From the IMG/VR virus record IMGVR_UViG_3300030090_005562, positions 1 to 64,000 of that record: a DNA stretch of 64,000 bases; one strand, 5' to 3'. Under the pieces are notes generated by a model that was not told the DNA's origin, did not search any database, and saw only the letters and a program-made list of their open reading frames with translations. Source of the stretch: a virus. Made by a program: the position numbers and the translations under genes. Shown here one piece after another: positions 29,577 to 39,048 of the stretch (within the stretch, counting starts at the first letter, position 1; the number at the start of each line of letters is the position of its first letter).

Positions 29577-30183
29577 TGACTCAGGATGGAAATCTGCAAG
29601 CGCAGAGGCATTTCAGCAACAGTTTGTGCTAAACCTTAGAGAACTAAATGACCCACCCACTCATTGGAGGTTTTTTTTAGAGGAGCTAGGCAGAATAAAA
29701 GATTCAAAAAGGGTCGTAGATATAGGGTGTGGAGTAGGCTCTTTTTCCAAGCTAATTCGCATGTGGCATGGCGATTTAAATTATGTAGGATATGATTATT
29801 CAGCAGCCGCCATAGAAACAGCTAAAAATATGTGGGGTGAATTTGGCGTGTTTGAAGAGAGAGACTATCATGATATTTCTAGTAAAGATATGCAGGACGG
29901 AGACGTTATAGTTGCCAATGCTTTGTGCGATGTTCTTCCAGATGGTGACGAGTGCTTTGAGCATATTCTATCACTGGGCGCAAAGAATGTAATTTTTTTA
30001 AGAGTTAGGATTACAGAAAAAGAAAGCTTTTATGAAGAATATGAAGCGTACAGTGAAATTCAAACCTATGCGTTTTATCACAACGAGGCGGGTTTGGATG
30101 AAATAATTAAAAAGCATGGTTATAATCCGCCCAGATTTAACCACTATTCTGAAAATATGATAAACATTCATCTAGAAAAATGA
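29554..30183 (+). CDS. Class I SAM-dependent methyltransferase
   Basis: VDIGCGVG, GYDYS. Confidence 0.85.
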   Translation: MCGMKTYNDSGWKSASAEAFQQQFVLNLRELNDPPTHWRFFLEELGRIKDSKRVVDIGCGVGSFSKLIRMWHGDLNYVGYDYSAAAIETAKNMWGEFGVFEERDYHDISSKDMQDGDVIVANALCDVLPDGDECFEHILSLGAKNVIFLRVRITEKESFYEEYEAYSEIQTYAFYHNEAGLDEIIKKHGYNPPRFNHYSENMINIHLEK

Positions 30184-30812
30184 AGCAAATTAAAGCTGTA
30201 ACTCCGACACTTTTTGTAAAATCAAAGATGGCTATAGTCGGCTCATCGTCATCTTTATTGGATACGGAGCAAGGACAGGATATAGACGATTTTGATGAAG
30301 TCGTAAGGTTTAACAGGGCTCCAACAGAGGGTTGGGAAAATCATGTTGGTTCAAAAACAACGCTTAGAGTCGCCAACAATCATGTGTTTGCAAATGTAAA
30401 GCATAATGTGGGTGGAGATGAGGATTGTGAGGATTGGAAGCCGCAAGGACAGCCCCAAAACTTTATAAGAGATTTGAAAAATCAAAAAATATTATTGCTT
30501 AACAGAGACTACTCCGCATGGGAAGAAAAAGAAAAACACATAGACTCAAGCTCCGCCGCATTTTTAGGAAATTATTTATGCGTTGAATCTTTTGGGGGAA
30601 CTCGTTCCCCAAGCGTTGGATATGCTTTTATATCCTTGTGTATAATGAATGGAATTAAACCAACTTTGTTTGGCTTTGGACTAAAAGAAGACGATGAAAA
30701 AGCAAGTCACTATTGGGAAAATAAAGATAAAATTATTTCTAGTCACGGATATAAGCTCGAAAGAGAGAACATTGCAAAATGGCACGAAACAGAAAAATTG
30801 CTAATAAAATAG
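30180..30812 (+). CDS. GT29-family sialyltransferase-like protein
   Basis: Sialylmotif L (AIVGSS..LL....G.DID.FD.VVRFNRAP....E.HVGSKTT), S (PSVG...FGF), III (HYW) and VS (HGYKLE). Confidence 0.85.
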   Translation: MKQIKAVTPTLFVKSKMAIVGSSSSLLDTEQGQDIDDFDEVVRFNRAPTEGWENHVGSKTTLRVANNHVFANVKHNVGGDEDCEDWKPQGQPQNFIRDLKNQKILLLNRDYSAWEEKEKHIDSSSAAFLGNYLCVESFGGTRSPSVGYAFISLCIMNGIKPTLFGFGLKEDDEKASHYWENKDKIISSHGYKLERENIAKWHETEKLLIK

Positions 30813-31711
30813 CCAAGAACCTTGTCGTACCCATACCAGCAATGTATGACAACTGTGGCGGGATAAATAAATTAAGCACGTTTAATTACCTAGAGTTTTT
30901 AAAGAATAGCGGCGTTAAGTGCGTGATGACCACTGCCGGAACTTCTCAGTTTAACATGCTTGCAAAAAGAGATGTGGCAAGGCTTAATTATATTGTGTGT
31001 GCTGATGGTTTTGATTCTTATATACTTGGAATACATCCAACAAACACAGCAAGAACAATAGAGCAAATAAAGTCTCTGCAAAAAATGCTTGGAAAAAAAT
31101 CTAACAAGTGTATTATGCTTTTATATCCAGAGAGATATTATGACGATGAAACAATAGTTAATCATTTTTATAGGTGTGCAGATGCGTCTGAGATTCCAGT
31201 GATAATCCACGCTATGTTTATGCGTCAAGGGACCGGTGGCTGGTATGATTATTCTTCAAAACTCATAAATAAATTGGTTGAACATTCAAACATTATTGGT
31301 ATAAAAGAAGAGACCTCTGAGTTAGGAAAAGCATATAATATATGCAATCAAATAGATAAGGACGAGTGTCTTATTATAGCTGCTGGTGGCAGCATGCGTA
31401 GATATAATGCGCTGAAGCCGACAGGAGTTCAAACATGGCTTTCTGGAGTCGGCAACATGTTCCCAGAAGCAGAGCTGGCTTTTAGAAAAGACACATCAAA
31501 ATTAAACATTATTAAAGATTTTGAAAATCCTATGTTTGATGTGTTCATGAAAATAGGATGGCACAAGGCCATGAGAGAAGCAATTAGACAGCTTGCTATT
31601 GGATGTGTTGTTAATGGAGAGCCATTTGCAAAAATAAGCTCAGAGGAACGTTCTGCGATTACTAATGTACTACAGGAATTGAAAGAAAAATGTCAGAAAC
31701 ATGGATTTTAG
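30779..31711 (+). CDS. DapA/N-acetylneuraminate lyase family aldolase
   Basis: GTSQF (GTTGE-like), YPERY, IIGIKEE Schiff-base Lys. Confidence 0.75.
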   Translation: MARNRKIANKIAKNLVVPIPAMYDNCGGINKLSTFNYLEFLKNSGVKCVMTTAGTSQFNMLAKRDVARLNYIVCADGFDSYILGIHPTNTARTIEQIKSLQKMLGKKSNKCIMLLYPERYYDDETIVNHFYRCADASEIPVIIHAMFMRQGTGGWYDYSSKLINKLVEHSNIIGIKEETSELGKAYNICNQIDKDECLIIAAGGSMRRYNALKPTGVQTWLSGVGNMFPEAELAFRKDTSKLNIIKDFENPMFDVFMKIGWHKAMREAIRQLAIGCVVNGEPFAKISSEERSAITNVLQELKEKCQKHGF

Positions 31712-32475
31712 GCCCCTGTGGCATAGATAACGTAGAGATGTATATAGAGACATGCAGGTTTCTTGTTCCGTTTATGGACGGGAAAGATTGGTACTATAAA
31801 GCGTCTTTTGACAAGGCAAACCGAACATCTATAAATGGAGAAAGATGCGTTGGCCTTGAAACTGGAATAAAAGCTTTCGAGCAAGTAAAAGCCATGTTTC
31901 CAGGAATAAGGCTTGTAACAGACGTTCATGAGTGCCATCAAGTTGAGAAGCTGGCTCATGTAATTGACGTTATACAGATACCGGCGTTTCTTTGCAGGCA
32001 AACAGACTTAATTGTGGAGTGCGCCAGACATTTTGACACAGTAAATGTAAAGAAGGGTCAGTGGATTGGTCCGAATAATCTTGTGGCGTCTGTAGACAAA
32101 ATAAGGCACACAAACGATAATTGTAAAGCTTGGATTACAGACAGGGGGTCAAACTTTGGCTATGACAAGCTAATTGTTGATTTTGGAATCGTAGACGAGC
32201 TTAAAGAAAGCTACGATAAAGTTATATTAGACTGTACACACTCCACGCAAAGAAGTAGAACTGTATACGGAAAACAGGGTGATGTTGAGCTTGCTAAAAG
32301 ATATTTTCTTGCCGCACCTATTTTTGAATATGATGGTGTTTTTGTAGAAACTCACCCCAATCCGTCAGAGTCCTGCTCTGATAAAGAGTGCCAAATACCC
32401 TTAGACGAAATGATAGACTTACTAGCAGAACAGAGGATTATATCGCATGCAAACGATAAAAGAATTTCAATCTGA
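31690..32475 (+). CDS. kdsA: 3-deoxy-8-phosphooctulonate (KDO8P) synthase
   Basis: GPC, KASFDKANRTS, TDVHE, QIPAFLCRQTDL, NVKKGQ, RGSNFGY, DCTHS, ETHP. Confidence 0.92.
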   Translation: MSETWILGPCGIDNVEMYIETCRFLVPFMDGKDWYYKASFDKANRTSINGERCVGLETGIKAFEQVKAMFPGIRLVTDVHECHQVEKLAHVIDVIQIPAFLCRQTDLIVECARHFDTVNVKKGQWIGPNNLVASVDKIRHTNDNCKAWITDRGSNFGYDKLIVDFGIVDELKESYDKVILDCTHSTQRSRTVYGKQGDVELAKRYFLAAPIFEYDGVFVETHPNPSESCSDKECQIPLDEMIDLLAEQRIISHANDKRISI

Positions 32476-33154
32476 ATTACTTAAAGACGCAGAGAGCATG
32501 CGTAATGACTCTCAACTTCAAGATGACGCGTTTAGTGTTTTAGTTAGAGCAGACCGGCATAGATGGATACATCAAACTAATTTCGCTGGCATTCCAGCCC
32601 TACAACTTCCTCAAGACCTGTTTACTATGCAGGAGATTATATTTAAGACTAAACCTCAAGTTATTGTAGAGCTTGGAGTGGCTTGGGGAGGAACTACAAT
32701 GTTCTTTGAGTCTTTTCATCAAGGGGATATTATTGGGGTTGACCTGCAAATACCAGACCACCTCAGAGATGCAACTGCGTTTAAGGGCAATATCAGATTT
32801 CTTATTGGCGATAGCGTTTTGAGCGCAGAAATAGTGAAAAAATTTGTTGGGGATAGAAGCTGCATGGTAATAGTAGATTCTATGCATACCCACGAACACG
32901 TTCTTGCCGAATTGAACGCCTTCTCTAGCATTGTTACTCCTGGCTGTTACATGGTTGTGTGTGATACTTTAGTCGATGACTCAAGATATCACGAAGACGG
33001 AGCCGCTAGAAATCGCCCTTGGGGTCCAGGCAATAGCCCCAGAAGCGCTTTAAATCAGTTTCTCGATGAAAACCCAGATTTTGAAAGAGACGAAGATATA
33101 CGAAATAAACTTCTGTTTTCTTGTCAACCAGATGGATATATATATAAAAAATGA
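32447..33154 (+). CDS. CmcI-family (cephalosporin hydroxylase / rhamnosyl O-methyltransferase-like) methyltransferase
   Basis: QLPQDL, KPQVIVELGVAWGG, DSMHTHEHVLAEL, WGPGNSP, PDGY. Confidence 0.88.
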   Translation: MQTIKEFQSELLKDAESMRNDSQLQDDAFSVLVRADRHRWIHQTNFAGIPALQLPQDLFTMQEIIFKTKPQVIVELGVAWGGTTMFFESFHQGDIIGVDLQIPDHLRDATAFKGNIRFLIGDSVLSAEIVKKFVGDRSCMVIVDSMHTHEHVLAELNAFSSIVTPGCYMVVCDTLVDDSRYHEDGAARNRPWGPGNSPRSALNQFLDENPDFERDEDIRNKLLFSCQPDGYIYKK

Positions 33155-34170
33155 AAGACTTATTAACGCTAGTTGTGCCTCTTTTAGATAGGCATGCCTT
33201 AACACACAGGGTTCTTCAGAACCTTAATAGGCAAAAGTGTGAATTTAAAATAATAGTTGCTGACGGCAGCTTAACGGAATTTAATAAAGAGCGTCTGAAG
33301 CAGGGGGTGTTTTATGAAAATCTAGACATTGAGTATTTTTATAATGGCCATGACTATGACATAAACCGATATATGAATAAAATGCACAACGCATTTCAAA
33401 AAATATCCACCCCTTTTGCGATGATATTTGATAACGACGATTTGATAGACATCTCTGGAATCAGAAGAGGTGTTTACTTTATGTCAAATAATTTAGATTA
33501 CAGCACATATAGAAACGACGTTAGAACTCTAGAGTTTTCAGATAGTTATGTTGACATAAAAGACAGCCTATATACATACCCATCCATTGAGCAGGAAGAG
33601 GCTAAAGATAGACTGATTGATTCTGTGATAAATTTTAACAGTTTTAATTATGCAGTTTTTAGGTCTGAGCAAATAAAGTGCTTTTTTGAAATTATGGATT
33701 TGTTTGACAACAACGACTTCCAACTTTTTTCAAAATCATTAGCGTACTTTTTTGCGTCTATAGGCAAGTGCAAAAGGCTTTTTAACGAATCTTACTACTA
33801 TTTTATACCTGGATATACAATATTACAAACTGGGAATAAGATACACAAGTTTAGAGAATGGATGGACACAAAATTTTGGGACAAGTCATGCCCCTTAATG
33901 ATTTCGATGGCGTCTTCAATATGCGAGCATTTGCACAAAGAAGATGTTCGACGGCCATTCGCGGAAGTTTTTATCAAAGAGGTCTGCGAAAAGGCGGGGA
34001 TTAGTGATTCACAATATAAAAATTTAAACAGAGATATAGAAGAGTCTAAAAAATTTGACTCTAAAATACGTCAAGTATTAGAAAAATATAAATTTGAGGA
34101 CAAAGAATATGGTTGCGAGCAGTGTGATGCAAAGACAAATGAGGAGTTTGTACAATCGCTAAACATATAG
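33151..34170 (+). CDS. GT2-like glycosyltransferase (TIGR00180-like)
   Basis: VVPLLDR, IIVADGS, FDNDD. Confidence 0.7.
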   Translation: MKDLLTLVVPLLDRHALTHRVLQNLNRQKCEFKIIVADGSLTEFNKERLKQGVFYENLDIEYFYNGHDYDINRYMNKMHNAFQKISTPFAMIFDNDDLIDISGIRRGVYFMSNNLDYSTYRNDVRTLEFSDSYVDIKDSLYTYPSIEQEEAKDRLIDSVINFNSFNYAVFRSEQIKCFFEIMDLFDNNDFQLFSKSLAYFFASIGKCKRLFNESYYYFIPGYTILQTGNKIHKFREWMDTKFWDKSCPLMISMASSICEHLHKEDVRRPFAEVFIKEVCEKAGISDSQYKNLNRDIEESKKFDSKIRQVLEKYKFEDKEYGCEQCDAKTNEEFVQSLNI

Positions 34171-35033
34171 TGTTAGATTCTTTAGCTCGCTCAGGCACCA
34201 CCTTGTTGAGTGCGCTATTAAGAAGTCAGAAGAATACAATTGCTTTTTGCCCAGGATTTAACGAACCTCTATGTTGCGAAAACATAGGGGAATGGCCTCA
34301 TGGATTTTGCAAAAGCGAATTTGTTGAAAACCCAAAATTTGATTTCAAAAAATTTCAAGAAGAAAGCATTTCACATATAAAAGACTTTGCGCAGTATTAT
34401 GGAATTGAAGCGTCTGATTGGGAAAAGCTGATATTAGATAGCGATAGCGCACAAGAGATTAGAAGTAAAATAGAAAATAAATTTAGTGAATGTAAATTTA
34501 TATGCTATAGATGGAATCAATGCCTTTGGTATTTTTACGAGTGGGTTTCAAGGGGCGAAGATTTTTTATGGCTAACAATGATAAGGAACCCTCTTGATAG
34601 GGCATGCTCATCTTGGAAAAAACACAGGTGGAGCATAAAACAAAGTCTAGAGAATACAATGCATTTCGCGCACAAAGTTGAGCAAATTTCAAATCATAAA
34701 AATTTTCACCTTATATATTATGAAGACCTTGTAAGCAATCCAGAGAAAATACTCAAGGAGATTTATTCTTTTTTTGGACAAAACATTCAATATGTAAACT
34801 TAAGTAATATAAAGGGGTCAAATGGGGAGGACTTTATTCCACAAAGCTCTGACTTAAAGAATGTATATCAAAAAAAAGACGGCTACTTAACTGAAGGAGA
34901 CGCGTTTTCTGGATTGTATAATAGTAAGATAAATAGGTATAAAGACGAAGAATACATAGACGAAATTACATATCAAGCCTTTAAGAGATTTTTATCAGAG
35001 TTCAGCGTTTACAAAAGATACTTTAAGGATTAA
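34170..35033 (+). CDS. Sulfotransferase
   Basis: PAPS-binding RSGTTLL, IRNPLDRACS, YYEDLVSNPE. Start may be further upstream (see findings). Confidence 0.85.
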   Translation: MLDSLARSGTTLLSALLRSQKNTIAFCPGFNEPLCCENIGEWPHGFCKSEFVENPKFDFKKFQEESISHIKDFAQYYGIEASDWEKLILDSDSAQEIRSKIENKFSECKFICYRWNQCLWYFYEWVSRGEDFLWLTMIRNPLDRACSSWKKHRWSIKQSLENTMHFAHKVEQISNHKNFHLIYYEDLVSNPEKILKEIYSFFGQNIQYVNLSNIKGSNGEDFIPQSSDLKNVYQKKDGYLTEGDAFSGLYNSKINRYKDEEYIDEITYQAFKRFLSEFSVYKRYFKD

Positions 35034-35034
35034 A

Positions 35035-35661
35035 ATGGATTTATTAGCATTTAACGGACAAATGAACTTTATACTTGATAAAATATCAGGTGTAGATGGA
35101 GATATAGTTGAACTCGGCGTTCATACGGGAAACAACTCTATACAGTTCATGCTTCAATCTCCACAAACAAAATATTGGGGATTTGATACATTTTGCGGCT
35201 ACACAAAAGAGGACATTGAAAGCAGTCCAAATAAACAAGGCCTTTTAGATAATGAGGGCAGATGGGTTTGCGACGAAAATGAAACAATAGATAGAATAAA
35301 GAGATTTAGGGGGCTCATCAAAGAGATAACTCCTAGCGATAAAAAATTTGCAAATTTTGAAATAATAAAAGGAGACCTAAAGAAGACTTTGCCTGAACAA
35401 ATAAACTCAAACAATCTAAAGAAAGTCGCGTTGCTATATGTAGATTGTAATGCATATTTACCAGCAATAAAAGGAATAGAGGCTATATACCCAATACTTT
35501 CAAGAGAAGGAATAATTTGCATAGACGAACACCAGGACGGAGGAGAGACTAAGGCAATAAAAGAAACTGCACAAAAATATGGGTTGGATATTAACGAGAC
35601 AGGTTTTAAATTTGAAAGTGGAATTCATTCTAATCCCTCTAAATACATTGTAAAAAAATGA
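35035..35661 (+). CDS. TylF/MycF-family O-methyltransferase
   Basis: GDIVELGV, GFDTFCG, KG...TLP, LLYVDC.AY, IDE. Confidence 0.85.
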   Translation: MDLLAFNGQMNFILDKISGVDGDIVELGVHTGNNSIQFMLQSPQTKYWGFDTFCGYTKEDIESSPNKQGLLDNEGRWVCDENETIDRIKRFRGLIKEITPSDKKFANFEIIKGDLKKTLPEQINSNNLKKVALLYVDCNAYLPAIKGIEAIYPILSREGIICIDEHQDGGETKAIKETAQKYGLDINETGFKFESGIHSNPSKYIVKK

Positions 35662-36350
35662 AAAGACTGGCTATTATTCCCGCAAGAAGCGGAAGCAAAA
35701 GATTCCCAGGAAAAAATTGGGCAAAGTTAGGAGAGCATCCTTTGTGGCTGTGGAGCGTTGAGGTTGCCTCTGTTGCTTTTGAAACCACTGTTTTCACAAC
35801 AGACTCAGAAAACCTTCTGCACGATGTTATAAATAGAGAAGGGAGTTTCGTGACAGGGCTTCTTAGGCCTAAAAATCTATGCTCAGATACATCTAAAGTT
35901 ATAGATACGGTGAATTGGATTTACGATATATATGACAAAAAGCCAAGCAAGCCTGATGAGATATGGCTCCTTCTTCCAACTTGCCCGCTAAGAAAAGTTG
36001 AGGATGTAACTAATGCTCAGAACAAATTAAGAGACAGCGATGAGTGTGACGGCATAATTAGTATTACAGATTATGAGTTTCCTCCTCAGCTTGGATTGAC
36101 ACATGAGAATGACCAGATAATGGATTGGCATGAAAGTAAACCCTGGCAGTCTGGAAACAGTAGAAGTCAAGACCACGAAAAAATATACAGACCAAACGGA
36201 GCGCTTTACGGAATGAGGTGGGAGGCATTTAGAAAAAACAGAAATTTCTATAAAGGAAAAATATGCAGTCACTATATGCCTAGAGAGCGCTCAGTTGACA
36301 TAGACAATGAAATTGATTTAAAATTAGCGGAGGCGTTAATACATGAATGA
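35658..36350 (+). CDS. neuA: Acylneuraminate cytidylyltransferase (NeuA/PseF-type)
   Basis: IIPARSGSKRFPGKN, LPTCPLR, RSQD...NGALY, SVDIDNEIDL. Confidence 0.88.
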   Translation: MKRLAIIPARSGSKRFPGKNWAKLGEHPLWLWSVEVASVAFETTVFTTDSENLLHDVINREGSFVTGLLRPKNLCSDTSKVIDTVNWIYDIYDKKPSKPDEIWLLLPTCPLRKVEDVTNAQNKLRDSDECDGIISITDYEFPPQLGLTHENDQIMDWHESKPWQSGNSRSQDHEKIYRPNGALYGMRWEAFRKNRNFYKGKICSHYMPRERSVDIDNEIDLKLAEALIHE

Positions 36351-36981
36351 CATATTAAGACAGGTGTATGAAAATGGGTTATACGTGTTTCCAGAACTTG
36401 TTGAAGATAGTGTGGTACAAAATATAAAAAAGCAAACACTAGCTTTGCTCGAACGGGACGGAGACAAAGATTACAAATTTGGAACAGCCATAAATATGGG
36501 GCCTTTGTCAGAGCAGTCTGGTTCAATAAAAGATTTTTTTGATACAGAATATTTTAACGATATCGCATTTAGGTACGGAACAAGAGACGCCAGAGCAGTA
36601 ATGGCTACTCACGATTATGAAAACGATAACGGAACTGAAAGGAATGGGTTTCTTCATTTTGACAGAACTCATACGTTCAAGTTTTTTCTTTATCTCACCG
36701 ACTGCGATGAATCTAGCGGAGCGTTTAAATACGTCCCTGGTTCTAGGGAGCTAGGCGAAACTTTAAGAACACAGGCAACTATTGACGCTGACGGAGAATA
36801 CAAAACAATAGCTAATAGATTAGAGCTAGATTATTTAGATTTAAACTACACGGCAGAGGACGCCGAGCCACTTGTTGGCAAGGCCGGAACTCTGTTTGCT
36901 TTTGACACAGACACATTCCACATGGGTGGTATAGTACAAAATGGAAAAGAAAGGGTTGTAATTAGGTCACATTATGTCTAA
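36343..36981 (+). CDS. Phytanoyl-CoA dioxygenase-like 2OG-Fe(II) oxygenase
   Basis: HFD, YLTD, GAFKYVPGS, AGT...FD..HMG...R. Confidence 0.82.
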   Translation: MNDILRQVYENGLYVFPELVEDSVVQNIKKQTLALLERDGDKDYKFGTAINMGPLSEQSGSIKDFFDTEYFNDIAFRYGTRDARAVMATHDYENDNGTERNGFLHFDRTHTFKFFLYLTDCDESSGAFKYVPGSRELGETLRTQATIDADGEYKTIANRLELDYLDLNYTAEDAEPLVGKAGTLFAFDTDTFHMGGIVQNGKERVVIRSHYV

Positions 36982-38149
36982 AACAAAATTTTTAGATTTG
37001 GGCACACAGCCCATCGCAAACGGGTTTTTAAAAGAATCAGACCTGGATAAAGATGAGTATACCTTTAATTTATCTGTTGGCATATGTAGTGATACGTTTT
37101 TGGTTTCTCTTGTGGATTTTGTAGACCCGCCAAAAATGTTCAATGAAAGCTATCCATTCCACACATCCGCTTCTCCAGTAATGGAGTCTCATTTTAAGAG
37201 AACGTCTAATTTATTATCAAAATTAAATCCAGACAAAGTCATGGAGATAGGAAGCAATGATGGAGCGTTCTTGAAAAATTTTCACCCATCTAATGCCATA
37301 TCAGTAGAGCCATGTTCTAATTTTGCTAGACATACACAAGAACTTGGATATACAACCTATGATGAGTTTTGGACACAAGAACTCGCAGACCGTATATGTT
37401 CATCCAATGGAAAGCAAGACCTAATATTTTCTGCGAACTGCATGTGTCATATACCAGACATAGAAGGCGCGTTTAAAGCGGTTGCCTCTTGTCTTAGCAA
37501 GGATGGGGTTTTTGTTTTTGAAGACCCGTCACTTGTGTTTATGCTTATGAGAAACTCGTATGACCAAATATATGATGAACACGCACACATATTCTCCCTA
37601 CATTCTTTATCCATACTGCTTAAAAGAGCCGGTCTAAAGATATGGAAGGTTGATGTTCTTGAGAATGTGCATGGAGGCTCTTGTAGGGTTTATGCTGTTC
37701 ATGAAAACAACCCCGTAAAAAAGCTTGATTCCACACTAATGCAGTTTGAGAGAATTTGCGGAATAAACAAGAGTGGGTTTGAAATATATTACTCGTTTGC
37801 TAGGAACGTGCAGAAAAGCAAAGAGGCTCTTGTTGACGCTCTATCTGGTCTAAAAGACAAGGGGAAGAAGGTTATCAGCTTTGGAGCAACCTCCAAGTCT
37901 ACCACAGTATTTAATTATTGCGGAATTGGCAATGACTTAATAGACTATATAACTGATAGGACAGATGATAAGATTGGAAAATTCTCTCCGGGCAAACACA
38001 TACCGATTATAGCAGAAGGAGTGGGGTTTGATGATTCTGTTGACGCTGCATTTCTTGGCGCTTGGAATTATAAGGACGCGATACTTACTAAGTATTCAGA
38101 TTTTAAAGGCTCTTGGATTACTCACGTTCCAGAGGTTTCTGTAATATGA
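36974..38149 (+). CDS. NDP-hexose C3-methyltransferase
   Basis: LDLGTQPIAN, EIGSNDG, YDQIYDEH, HGGS, GATSKS, KIGKFSPG, AWNY. Confidence 0.9.
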   Translation: MSKTKFLDLGTQPIANGFLKESDLDKDEYTFNLSVGICSDTFLVSLVDFVDPPKMFNESYPFHTSASPVMESHFKRTSNLLSKLNPDKVMEIGSNDGAFLKNFHPSNAISVEPCSNFARHTQELGYTTYDEFWTQELADRICSSNGKQDLIFSANCMCHIPDIEGAFKAVASCLSKDGVFVFEDPSLVFMLMRNSYDQIYDEHAHIFSLHSLSILLKRAGLKIWKVDVLENVHGGSCRVYAVHENNPVKKLDSTLMQFERICGINKSGFEIYYSFARNVQKSKEALVDALSGLKDKGKKVISFGATSKSTTVFNYCGIGNDLIDYITDRTDDKIGKFSPGKHIPIIAEGVGFDDSVDAAFLGAWNYKDAILTKYSDFKGSWITHVPEVSVI

Positions 38150-39048
38150 AAATTTTGGTGACAGGCGGTCTTGGTCATATAGGCTCTTACGTTATAAGGA
38201 CTACGTTTGCTGGCAGAGGAATTTGTGTGGTTGACGATTTATCAACTAACAGATATTGCTCCCTAATGAACCTTCCGTACCCAATAGATTTTATTAATGA
38301 TGGGTTTGAGAATCTCAGCGAAGACTTTTTAGAGCAGTTTGATACAGTCGTGCATTTTGCTGCGGTAACAGACGCGGCTAGAGGAGACTCTGAAAGCATC
38401 GAGAAAATAAATGTTGGTCACACCAGAGACTTTATAAAAAAGCTTATGTCTCTGGACAGCCCTCCTTTGTTTATATTCCCGTCATCAACAAGCGTTTATG
38501 GAACCGCGTCTGATATAGTCAAGGAAGATGACGAAAGCGTTTTAAAGCCACAAAGCCACTACGCATCATCAAAGCTAATAATAGAAAATTTCCTCAGAGA
38601 AAATTATCCTAGATATTTGATTCTCAGATTCGGTACAATATTTGGAGCAACTCCAGGAATGAGATTCCACACAGCAATCAATCACTTCTGCTGGGCTTCT
38701 TCAATGAAACAGCCGTTAGAAGTTTGGGAGCAAAACTATCATTATCACAGGCCGTATCTAGACGTAAGGGATGCGGAAAGGTCTATTTCACACCTTCTTT
38801 ATAATCGCGTTGAAAATGAAACCTACAATATTCTTAGCGACAATTATAAGTGTAGCGATATAATAGAGATTATAAAAGAATACGTGCCAGATATTAAAGT
38901 AAATATGGTTAAAACGCCTCTCTTAAATCAGTTCTCATATCTTGTTGACGACACTAAGTTAAGCAATACTGGAATAAATTTAAACGGCAGCTTAAAGAGG
39001 GGTATAAAAGAGACATTGGAGATTCTTAAATGCGTAAAAAGATATTAA
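38146..39048 (+). CDS. NAD-dependent epimerase/dehydratase
   Basis: GGLGHIG, SSTSVYG, YASSK, RFGTIFG. Confidence 0.88.
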   Translation: MKILVTGGLGHIGSYVIRTTFAGRGICVVDDLSTNRYCSLMNLPYPIDFINDGFENLSEDFLEQFDTVVHFAAVTDAARGDSESIEKINVGHTRDFIKKLMSLDSPPLFIFPSSTSVYGTASDIVKEDDESVLKPQSHYASSKLIIENFLRENYPRYLILRFGTIFGATPGMRFHTAINHFCWASSMKQPLEVWEQNYHYHRPYLDVRDAERSISHLLYNRVENETYNILSDNYKCSDIIEIIKEYVPDIKVNMVKTPLLNQFSYLVDDTKLSNTGINLNGSLKRGIKETLEILKCVKRY

